Shown here: in pieces, positions 48,650-59,789 of the stretch | How positions within the stretch are numbered: the stretch's first letter is position 1 | Layout of the letters: each line of letters opens with the position of its first letter | Source: Laetmonice hystrix | Taxonomy: Eukaryota | Reading direction: 5' to 3' | Length of the DNA stretch: 64,000 bases | Assembly (NCBI GenBank): GCA_965235115.1 | Contig: OZ249436.1 | Coordinates: 3,970,001 to 4,034,000, forward strand | Notes under the pieces: generated by a model | Database searches by the model: none | What the model was told of the DNA's origin: nothing | Seen by the model: only the letters and a program-made list of their open reading frames with translations | Program-made: the position numbers and the translations under genes

Positions 48650-51600
48650 ATGGTCCAGGGAACAATACCACTTCTCGTCTGCTTTATTGAATGCGTCCTT
48701 TTTGGCGGGACGATGTACGGGTGGCCATCACTGGTTTATGTCCTAAAACAAGAAGGAGTCTATCACCATCTGTGCCCGCTAGAGTTTCCTCCAAACCAGA
48801 CAGGCGATCGAGTTGTTGCCAACGCCAGCGTCCGGGGCCGGCCGACACTCATTCAGACGTCCGAGTGGCCCGTTGTCACGTCGTCGCCCATGGTTACAAC
48901 GTCTCACGACACCCGGCGCGAGGGCCGACATGACCACCGCTATGACCTGCCGTGTGAGCCTCAGGATCACCACCTGGCCTTGACCTTCATTCTCTGTGTC
49001 CTCATGCAGGGCGTGTCATCGTTTCCACTGGGACGACTGTTTGACTGGGCCGGCCTTCGATCTACCCGTCTCCTGGGCTGGTACGTGAAACCTCCAGGCC
49101 GACATCTCAAACAGACAACAGGCCCGGAAGGACCTGAAGGGGGTGGGAGATATTTTCATCAGCCAGAAATTCCGAAATCAAACTCCTTTTTTCACTCTGA
49201 AAATGTCCCAAAGACGAAATAGGCCTACATGGGCACCCCTAGGGGTGGGGGGGGGGGGGGGGGCAAAGAGACAGTTGTCCCCCTAGGGAATACTAATGAT
49301 AGGCCTATTTGGCACCCCGCGTTTCTGTTGCCTTCTTAAATTCGCAATTTCGTCAAGGACAGAGAGGGCAGCCTATAAGCTGAACACGGAAGAGGAGAAT
49401 CGAATACAAAATGTAGATAGGTCGCTGGCAGTAATAGGCCTACTTCTGGTTCCTATGAATGTGTCTTCGTGTAATAATCATAATCATGTACATGTAGTTT
49501 ATTGAAACACTTCATGTCCATTTTCAGTTTCGTGGGGTTTGCTGGATACAGCATGCTCGCATTCACACACGAAGGAGGTAATGTGAATTTAACTATCCAT
49601 TAATACAATTAAAAATTCGAAATTAATGCACTTAATGGGAAAACTACAATTAAAGTGGCATCCCAAATTCCGCAAATATTCGCCCTTGGACCCCAGTGGC
49701 ACCATGTTAACATTTCAGGTTCGAGCGATAAGCGAAAGTATTTTAAAAATGGAATGGAAAAATATGTCCCTGCTGGCTGGTGACCACGGCGTCATATCCG
49801 CGAGCTCCCAGGCCGCACTGGCTTCAGAAAATAGCAGTCGGACCGAACGGTAGCTCAGGGCCCTAACATAACATTTTTTGGAGGTTCAATTAGTTATTAT
49901 TACAGATAGACATTTCAATTTGTTTAAAAAATTCTTTCGCTTATCGCTCGGAACCTGAGATTTTAACAAGGTTTCACTGGGGTCAAAGGTAAGAGTATTT
50001 GAAGAATGTGGGGTGCTACTTTAAGTGAAAACATGATGGGTTTCATGTAACGATGGCCTACTTCTTTCGTGACATCCTGTCTGGTTGCTTAGAAGGGAGG
50101 CAGTTTGGGGGAGGATGCAGTTTCATCGTGATCGATTCAGTTAATTTTTCCCAGAAACTCACGCGATAACATTCTCTACAAACAATTACGTATCCTGAAG
50201 TAGGCCTATAGTCTACGCTTGGCATAATGTTTTTAAATTGAGATCCGCAAAAGGTCAGTTATTGCCCCTATGTATTTTATGGATAAACTTGTACATGTAC
50301 TCGACCACCAGTCCTCCTGTCCGCCAGCTGGATATACGGACTGGACACAAATATATCTGCGGGCTGATGCCACCAGATGTCAGCACCTGACGTGCCTATA
50401 GGGCATAGGCCTATAGGCGGGTCCCCTGACTCCCTCGCCTGGCAGAGCGGCATTTAGAGCAGGGGGGCAGGGTATGGTCAAGGTTTCTAGGTCACAATGC
50501 CACAGTCGTCCAATTAGCGCCGATGATCGTTTTCTATCACGGTCACCGTGTTCGTGTAACCCAGATAGGCGTTTGTGTCCAGACCCTTTTTTTGAGCGAC
50601 GAGCGGCTTCTAGCGGAAAAAAGGGTACGGTGATCGAGACTAATGTATTATAGTGCCAGCCCTCCATACTAATGAAAGACATTGGTTGTTCATCATTATA
50701 GTTATATTGTTCTATTTTGATTTGTTTAATATCCTAGAAGCATCATGGCTGATCTATGTGGCGAGTTCGTTGTGTGGGATTTCCATGACAATCATCGTAA
50801 TGACCAACTGCTATGTAAGTAGTCTCTACATAAAAGTCTAAGGTGGAGTAATACGACCTGGCACTTCCTTCCCAATAAAGATTTATATCTATTATTTTCA
50901 CTGAAAGGCCTTTTTACGAACTGGGCCCATATAGGTCTATATCAAAACATATATCTCACAAATAGGCCGTTTTGATAAACGAGTTCTGCAGACTGTACGT
51001 TGGTTTTACTACCCCGTACCCCATTTTCCTACCCCGATTTGGTGGGAAGTTACCCTGAGGGGGTAATCCCAGTGTTTAGCTGGCCGTTTGTATTATGACG
51101 CGGCGGTGTGTGTAAATTTGTCTCCAGGTGGCGCAGTTGGCGGGCAGTCGGACAGCCACTGTGGTAGCGTTGTATAACGGTGCTGTTATGGCCTCTCCTG
51201 CCGTACTCCTCATCATTAAAGTACGTCCTTTTATACATCCTCAAACTCAACAAGGGTCGCTCCAGTGGAGGCCTAGTAGTTTCTCTTCGTTTAGACCGAC
51301 TGACAGGCATATAAAAGCTGACATTTACACAGATACAATTGGGACCATATCTCTAATAGATACCGTTCCTTTATTGATAAAGCCTGAATTTCTTCCTTTT
51401 TTACGGGGTGGGTCGAAACGGGAAGGGATTACATGTAAGGGGAACCATTCGATAAAAGTGTTATAAAAGTTGATATAAGCTTAGATATAAATTTATGTTG
51501 ATACTTTTATGCGTAGCCCAGATATATAGTTACGGTGCGATACTTGACATTGTATTGTGTAGGACCCTCTTAACATGCTTCCATTAAATTACTATCCATT

Positions 51601-54600
51601 AAATTTATCTCTTTCACAACATTAATTTCCCGCGAGAAAAGATCTATACAAATTAGCATTTTTTCCTAGTTGGCGTCGGCTTATTTCATGCAGAATTGAA
51701 GGACCCTATTAAATTTAATGAGATGAAATTCTTGTAGAGTCTAGAGTAGACTGATTAAGTTACCTGTGGATTAAGTTACTGTGGATTATCAGAGTCAGGA
51801 GGATAGGTTTTGTCAGACATTGTATTCGGGGTCTAGTAGGTCTATAATCTAAGAGAGGCAGTCGGTAATCTTACCCGATCATCCCCCAATCACGTGACAG
51901 TTGCTGTACGACGCGGGCGTCTCCAGGACGACGACTATGACGATATTCTCCTTCACGTGGATCGTAGTCGTCATCAACACGTGCGTCCTCCTTCCTAAAT
52001 ACAAGATTCCGGTCCTTGAGGCTGACGGCCACCCCCTCCGCCGGGACGGCCACCCCCTCCGCCGGGACAGCCACCCCCTCCGCCAGGACCAGGGACCCTT
52101 CACGTCCTCCCCACCGGCCGCCTCCCCGGACTCCGCCACCGAACTCCGCTACATCCCCACCAACACGGCCATCGTCGACGCACACAGTACCTACATCCCT
52201 GAGTACGAGTTGCTGTGGTCGCGAGGCCTGCTGCAGGAGTCGGAACCTGTCGACCTGGAGCTGTCGGAGGTCGGAGGTAGCTCAGGTCAGTCAGACCCAC
52301 CGCCAACGTCAGCTAACACCACCGGTGACAGCCGGAAACACTGGGCGACGTACATCCGGTCATCAGTTTTCTGGCTCTTCCTGTACTGGTTCGCCGCCCT
52401 CCACCTGCGCGCGCAGGTCTTTATCAGTACCTTTAACACGTGGGTATACACCTTGGTGAAAGGAGACGCACAGCAGGGTGAGTTAAACAGGGTGTGCTTC
52501 ACTGGGGATAAAATATGGGTGAGTTAAACAGGGTGTGCTTCACTGGGGATGGAATATGGGTGAGTTAAACAGGGCCTGCTTCACTGGGGATGGAATATGG
52601 GTGAGTTAAACAGGGTCTGCTTCACTGGGGATAAAATATGGGTGAGTTAAACAGGGTCTGCTTCACTGGGGATGGAATATGGGTGAGTTAAACAGGGTCT
52701 GCTTCACTGGGGATGGAATATGGGTGAGTTAAACAGGGTGTGCTTCACTGGGGATAAAATATGGGTGAGTTAAACAGGGTGTGCTTCACTGGGGATGGAA
52801 TATGGGTGAGTTAAACAGGGCCTGCTTCACTGGGGATGGAATGTGGGTGAGTTAAACAGGGTCTGCTTCACTGGGGATAAAATATGGGTGAGTTAAACAG
52901 GGTCTGCTTCACTGGGGATGGAATATGGGTGAGTTAAACAGGGTCTGCTTCACTGGGGATGGAATATGGGTGAGTTAAACAGGGTGTGCTTCACTGGGGA
53001 TGGAATATGGGTGAGTTAAACAGGGCCTGCTTCACTGGGGATGGAATATGGGTGAGTTAAACAGGGTCTGCTTCACTGGGGATAAAATATGGGTGAGTTA
53101 AACAGGGTCTGCTTCACTGGGGATAAAATATGGGTGAGTTAAACAGGGTCTGCTTCACTGGGGATGGAATATGGGTGAGTTAAACAGGGTCTGCTTCACT
53201 GGGGATGGAATATGGGTGAGTTAAACAGGGTCTGCTTCACTGGGGATGGAATATGGGTGAGTTAAACAGGGTCTGCTTCACTGGGGATGGAATATGGGTG
53301 AGTTAAACAGGGCCTGCTTCACTGGGGATAAGGTGACGTAACGTGACGTACCATTTTCCGTGACGTAATATGACGTGACGTGACGACAAATTATACCGCA
53401 ACATGTTTCAGTGAGCCATTTCACCAACGTGTACGGTTTCATCAGTGTATCCAGTATCGTCATCTCGCCAGTGTCTGGTATCATTATGGACATCCGCCGC
53501 AAACGGCTCAAAGGTCAGCAACCAAGTGGGCCTAGATACTGGCGTGAAATGACAAAAGGAAGCAAGTCCAACTTTCATCAAAATCGACTTAAGTGTAAAT
53601 TTCGATTCAGGGAAGTAAGTCCTATCTATCAATGGGTGTATTTCTGCTAAACATCCTTCTATAAAGCTATCAGTCACATGACAGAAGGAAGCATGCCCAT
53701 CCAACTGCACTGCATTTTTCGAAACTTGAACTTTTGGACTTGCTTCCTTTTGCCATTTCACGGCAGTATATTGTCTATCGGCCTACAGGCATACCTACAC
53801 ACATAACCAGTGGCATATTTAGAAAATCCAGAAGAAAATGAAGGGGGGCGGGGGTATCACTGGGCAATGTAGGAGCCTATAATTATATGTACATCTGTTC
53901 ATATCCCGGAGACATGTGTTTGGTTTATTTTAGCGAACATTTAGAGTCACAATTATCGTAGCTAGAATCCGATTTCTTTGGATGACACAGAAATGTTCTC
54001 CAATGTTTTGCAGTAAATGAACGTTATGGCTTGCTTGGTGCGATGGCAGCAGCGCCATCTTTAACCATCACCACGTCGGTTGCCATTCTGGTCAGCATGT
54101 TGACCTTGCTCAAGGTCGAATGGTGTATCTACGTCACAATCGCAGCGTTCACTATTCTTATGGTCTTCCTCTACCCAACCGGTATAGCATTTATTGGACA
54201 AACGTAAGTAGGTCGTTGTCCAACGCACAGCGAGCTGTGCAACCTGGAATATTTAGTTTCCCCACAATAAAGGTATCTTAGCTGCGTTTGGCACAAGGTC
54301 CCCTATTCCTCACTTTTAGACCCCGACCCTGCTGATTGATGTTTAAGTTGTCCGTCCTTCCTCGTTTTTAATATCTGTTGACAATCATTTAGAGCCTTCC
54401 CGGTGAGACTTGGGCCTATGTAGGATTTTATTTTTCGTACTAGATACTTTTATGCGCACGTAGTGGGATGTCTATAGGCCTACCTTTCGTTTCTCCCGCC
54501 AGGTGGCCCTCATGTCACTATGGAACCCTGTTCGGTGCGACTGTCACTGTGCTGGGGGTCGTGTCTTTCCTTCAGTATCCCTTTGTGATCTGGGCAGGTT

Positions 54601-55257
54601 CGACGGCCAGAGGAGACCTTCCAGTAAGTAACTATCATTGCCCATGGCCCGGGTTTTAACTTTTCGTTCATAATCTCCATAATCAAGGGTTGAGTCTCAA
54701 ATGGCGCACATTTTGAGAACAAAAGAACGAAAGACTGGGCCCAGGCTTTAACCCTGAATACGTCGAAATAATGAATAGGGCTAAAATGTATAATTATAAC
54801 CAGCTATAATCACGACAAGCCGTATAGAAGCAAAACTTTACTTACAATCCTCTCCTTTCTGAAAAAAAAAGAATTGTCATTAGGGCTTAATCGGGTATTG
54901 ACGATGGGATAATAATGAACGAATGTTTACATAATCCTGAAGAGTTTATAACAGTGTCGTAAAAATGTTCTCCGGAGACAGCTCTCGCTTGTGTTGTCCT
55001 GTATATCGTGTTTGTATCAGTCCTGCGTGGTGATCCTCCGAGGAGTCGTAGATCTCTGGCCGTCTGGCCAGGTGTGTCCCAAGATAATAACATAATCAGA
55101 TTTATCTTTCTTACAGATGAATACGGTGCTACTCTTTACGGCCGTCCTTACCTTTCTTCATCCGGGAAACATCTTCTTTCAGTATCGGAAACGGAAAAGT
55201 CAAAACGGAAATGCCTCATTGTCCGACAGCGCCCTCTCTCGGAGAGCTCAGGAGTGA
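48650..55257 (+). CDS. SLC43A3: SLC43-family MFS transporter (SLC43A3 / equilibrative nucleobase transporter 1-like), multi-exon
   Basis: Exons: 48650-49080, 49528-49577, 50738-50814, 51128-51220, 51901-52477, 53412-53513, 54014-54203, 54503-54623, 55117-55257 (TGA); all phases join. Motifs: ECVLFGGTMYGWPSLVYVLKQEGVYHHLC, FPLGRLFDWAGLRSTRL, ALYNGAVMASPAVLLIIK, SPVSGIIMD, WPSCHYGTLFG, FLQYP, FLHP. An in-frame stop lies upstream of the ATG. A likely non-coding first exon ends at 47392 (gag|gtaagt), with an acceptor at 48582. Confidence 0.85.
49654..50020. mobile_element. Kolobok-type MITE in an SLC43 intron
   Basis: TTAA|AGTGGCATCCCA...TGGGGTGCTACT|TTAA; ~90-bp imperfect TIRs (cgagcgataagcgaaag / ctttcgcttatcgctcg). 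Confidence 0.82.
52476..53330 (+). repeat. 41-bp minisatellite (~21 copies), each containing the SLC43 donor G|GTGAGT
   Basis: Unit gg|gtgagttaaacagggtctgcttcactggggatggaatat, starting exactly at the exon end (52477). Confidence 0.95.
53539..53766. mobile_element. TA-flanked MITE (Tc1/mariner-like)
   Basis: TA|CTGGCGTGAAATGACAAAAGGAAGCAAGTCCAA ... TTGGACTTGCTTCCTTTTGCCATTTCACGGCAG|TA. Confidence 0.8.
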
Positions 55258-55470
55258 GGGACGCTCCGCTCTAGACTGACGTACGTCACGTCATGCAGTA
55301 CCGTACATCCCTTCAGCATTTATTCACGTATAAATAATCTACGAACGGTATCAACGCCGTTTAATAGAGGATTTGTTGATTACAATCGTCTTCGGAGAAC
55401 AGTATTGATACAGGCGTATTATGCATATCTATAATAGTTACAACGTTTACAACGTTATAACCAATTCTCG

Positions 55471-56243
55471 TGTGAGTAGTCATTATTTAGATCAGGATGA
55501 ACACTTTTTGAATGCCACCGTTTGGCGTGTATATTTGTACCTTGATGCCGTATTGAGTGGTCATTATTTAGATCAGGATGAACACTTTTTGAATGCCACC
55601 GTTTGGCGTGTATATTTGTACATTGATGCCGTATTGAGTGGTCATTATTTAGATCAGAATGAACACTTTTTGAATGCCACCGTTTGGCGTGTATATTTGT
55701 ACATTAATGCCGTATTGAGTGGTCATTATTTAGATCAGAATGAACACTTTTTGAATGCCACCGTTTGGCATGTATATTTGTACATTGATGCCGTATTGAG
55801 TGGTCATTATTTAGATCAGGATGAACACTTTTTGAATGCCACAGTTTGGCGTGTATATTTGTACATTGATGCCGTATTGAGTGGTCATTATTTAGATCAG
55901 GATGAACACTTTTTGAATGCCACCGTTTGGCATGTATATTTGTACATTGATGCCGTATTGAGTGGTGATTATTTAGATCAGAATGAACACTTTTTGAATG
56001 CCACCGTTTGGCATGTATATTTTTGTACATTGATGCCATATTGAGTGGTCATTATTTAGATCAGGATGAACACTTTTTGGCGTGTATATTTGTACATTGA
56101 TGCCGTATTGAGTGGTCATTATTTAGATCAGGATGAACACTTTTTGAATGCCACCGTTTGGCATGTATATTTGTACATTGATGCCGTAAAGAACGTTTAC
56201 AACGTTAAAACCAATTCTCCTGTGAGTGGTCATTATTTAGATC
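55471..56243. repeat. 81-bp minisatellite (~9 copies) downstream of the SLC43 stop
   Basis: Unit gagtggtcattatttagatcaggatgaacactttttgaatgccaccgtttggcgtgtatatttgtacattgatgccgtatt. Confidence 0.95.
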
Positions 56244-56523
56244 GGGAAGAAAAATCAACGACTATGGTGGTCCCCCATGCATGCTTCAAAAAGGATTGAA
56301 AATGGTAGAAATTCACTGCAATAATTTCACCCGGACAATTTTGGATTATAAGATCTATCATTTAAACTTATGTGGAAATTATTTGGTCCTTTCAGGTAAT
56401 TGACTGGTTTACTTTGTATACCTTGTAAGCTGCCTGAGACATTTATTCCCACTGAGATTTGTATCATAACTGTACGAAATCTCACGGTCTGCTTATAGAT
56501 TTAAAAGAAGAATGAAGACAAAC

Positions 56524-56605
56524 TTGTTCATGTACACAGATACACTGATACACCAGGATGTAATTTGTTCATGTACACAGATACACTGATACACAAGGAT
56601 GTAAT
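56524..56605. repeat. 41-bp tandem duplication
   Basis: ttgttcatgtacacagatacactgatacaccaggatgtaat x2 (1 mismatch). Confidence 0.9.
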
Positions 56606-57860
56606 TCTCTATCTGTTGCAACCCTTTCACTCCCCGGTAATGCTGTGGTGCACTGGCGTAATGTTGACTGTCGTGCAGAAGCCTATTCCACATTTATTCA
56701 TCACGTTCAGCTTGTGTCCCCAGCCACGATATATCTGGTTTAACGATGGCGACTCCAAGGGTAAAGTAGAAATGAAAACGAGGCTGCGCTAGCAGTCTCT
56801 TTGATGCCACGCCACCGAGCCCGACAAAGTAATCCCCACCGCGTATTAACAAATATGTCATCGTTATACCGCAATGATCAGCTGGCACTACTTACGAGGA
56901 CGCTCAGCAAACTGTACGTGCGCATGCGCGGGCCGGAGGGTAATTTTGTTTGTTTTAGAGTAGTGACAACTGATGGTTTGTGTCTTAATGACTGGCAATA
57001 ATTGGTCGCTGTCTCCCTATACAGTAGAACAAGGGCGGCCGGCAAGTGGCGGGTTGACTGCCCCCCCCCCCCCCCGCCCACGCCTCCTACCAACCGGAAT
57101 GGCATACTTCCGGTAGCGTTCCCGTTCTTATAATGAAGACAAAATGCGCCCCTGCTTGGAGCCGATACTGTGAAACTGTTAAGGAATTAATGCTTCATTT
57201 GATCCTATCCTTAAAAACAATAGAGGTACAAGAAGACGCAGCAAGAAAATTAGAGGCCGGAAAAAAACGTTGTTGCCATTTTTTGTGCCCATAGGAAGGG
57301 GACAATTACCAAAGGATCGAATAGATTGTGTCAATTAGATGTTTTTCGCAGCAACCCGGCCGATGTCGGACTTGATGGCTATAATGAAACTTAAGAAAGG
57401 ATAATGAAACTTGCCAAAGGCCCCCCCAAAGCACTTACCCCTTAATTTCCAGGGCTCAAGTATGACCGATGTCCTAATGAAATGGGCTTGGGCTCATTAT
57501 GTGGTGGTACGGCACACGGTACAATGTATGTAACTGCAGCAATAAAGTGCTGCCAGATTGACTCGGCCTCGCAGTTAACGCCAATCCCAGGCTGCCAGTT
57601 GGCTTCAAGGAGGTCCCGGAAATGAGGTTGTTCGGGGCTGACTTCCGGCGGGACTAACGCCAGCCACTATCGGCCGGACAACCAAATGTTTAATTAACGG
57701 CTAGGCTAATTAAGACCTACGGTTGGGGCGCCAGCAACATAAAAATCTGTCATGTCGGAGGCTACATTCTTTATCTGGGAAACTTTAGGCCGTCGACCAC
57801 GTTAATTAGAAGACCATTATAATTGCTGAAAGGTATATATTGGTTCTTTACTTGGAAACA

Positions 57861-57967
57861 TCTTCTTCTTCTTCTTCTTCTTCTTCTTCTTCGTCTTCTT
57901 CTTCTTCTTCTTCTTCTTCTTCTTCTTCTTCTTCTTCTTCTTCTTCTTCTTTTTCTTCTTCTTCTTC

Positions 57968-57998
<31 letters not shown>
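57861..57998. repeat. (CTT)n then (CAT)n microsatellite
   Basis: Visible trinucleotide runs. Confidence 0.95.
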
Positions 57999-57999
<1 letters not shown>

Positions 58000-59789
58000 G
58001 TATCATGATCTAATCCGTACCTAGATGATGTGGGTTACTTTACCGATGTTAGCGGATTTTGTATCCTCGCGTATTGTTTAAAAGGCGCCCAATGACAGTG
58101 ACAAAAGGACGTCAAATACGGATATATGTGTATACGCTCTTAAAATGGAGAAAAAACTCCAGAAAAATAGTAGAGATGGAGGGATTCTACAGCTTCCCAG
58201 TCCATTTGTCTTGATCTAAATCCTATTTTTAGGTCCTGATAATATAGACCTAATATATTAAAGGTGCATTCCATCACCAGGAGCCTTGCTGTTTGAGATT
58301 GGAGCTTTGTGTTTGAGAGGACGTACGACTGGTGAATAAAATATATTTTATGAATCTGCTTCAATATGGCTAGAGCAACATCATCCTCAAGGCCCAGGCT
58401 TTTTACAGATTGCTGTGGCAAAGATTAGGTCTGATGACTCGGGCTAATATCACTGGTGTTTTAAGTACATCTCGTCAATATTCGTACACACAATGGGATG
58501 CTCAGATCGGGTAAGAAACCCGGCGACAAGATGGCTACAATTATTATTTATGATCCTCTTTTTAGCTGTAACTGAGTGGGCCTAATGGATTAATAGGGAC
58601 CCAGCAGGGCATTCGGAACCCCAGTAGAAGTATTGATTGCGACGCAATAAATTAACGTTATCCAAAAGTGGAAATCACCATCCTGAAATATTTATGAAAA
58701 CATGAGGTCCGTGGCCCCTTTAATGAGACCATTGTAGTGTCCAGGGGGCCGTTGCAAAAATTTCCGCTCGCTAATATTGCCATTGAAATTCAATGGCAAT
58801 TTTAGTGAACGGGAATTCTATAGGATCTCCAAACTGTTCGTTAAATATCTATTGTGAAACTTTTAATGTTGGCCATGCACGATTGACGATATAAAGAGCT
58901 ATGTTATACGGGGTCATCATTGTCTATAGGCCCCCAGTTTTGTAAGACATGGTCTGACTATATGTCGGCCATCTAGCTTCCAAACACATCAAGGGTCGAT
59001 GGCTGAGACTACACGTTCTACCTGTCTCTCCATGCTGCATGGCGGCTTTTAGCGAGGCAATCTAAACCATGAATTAAAGATTGTCGATAACAACTCCTCT
59101 CTCGGTGATAAATAATGGGTTCGTCACGGTTTTGCTCCTTCTAGAAAATAAATATTTGCCTGTATTTTATTGAGATCAATTTAAGCTGGAGCCAGTCTTT
59201 CTGAAAGAAATTCAAATGCTTGCAGACAGTAGGCCTATACCGTCCGTGTTCAGTAGTCAAGTCATGTTGGCGTAAAATGGGAAATATTGAAAGCTGGACG
59301 AATTCCAGGTTGAAAAATGTACGGTTATAACGTGATTTATAGCTCCATATGACCCAGATAGCTCGACTTCAATAAAGACCTAAACAGGAGAAACATGCAG
59401 AGCATGCAGTAGTGGCACGCATCCATGTCAGCATGCACGTGAAGCGTGCAAACCCAGCCAGCATGTGCGCGTCAGGTTTCATCTTTACAGGTGCCCCTTG
59501 TAGATTACGGGTTCTGCGTCGGTGTAGGTGGCGGTGTAGGTGGCTATACTCTATGGCTTCCGTCCGTACTAGGACTCATGCAGAAGTAGCCCCCCCCCCA
59601 CCCCCACCACCACCGCCACCACGCCACCACGCCACCACCGCCGCATGCTCATCCATGCACAGTGTCAGTTTTCTCCCTGGGGCATACCTGGCCCAGATTA
59701 TAGTCTCACGGATGGGTATGGTTTGAACCATTTCCCTTGCCAGCATCTTCCGGAAATCAAGGTAAAAACTGAAAATACACCTCTCCCCA

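Noticed and set aside
35553..53330. CRISPR-like appearance of the regularly spaced 41-60-bp repeats
   Set aside because: Units are head-to-tail with no unique spacers, there are no cas genes, and the context is intron-containing animal DNA.
55421..56299. 207-aa repeat ORF (HYLDQDEHFLNATVWRVYLYIDAVLSG)n
   Set aside because: Translation of the 81-bp minisatellite, broken by indels in later units.
57823..58008. Poly-Leu/poly-His ORF
   Set aside because: Translation of the (CTT)n(CAT)n microsatellite.
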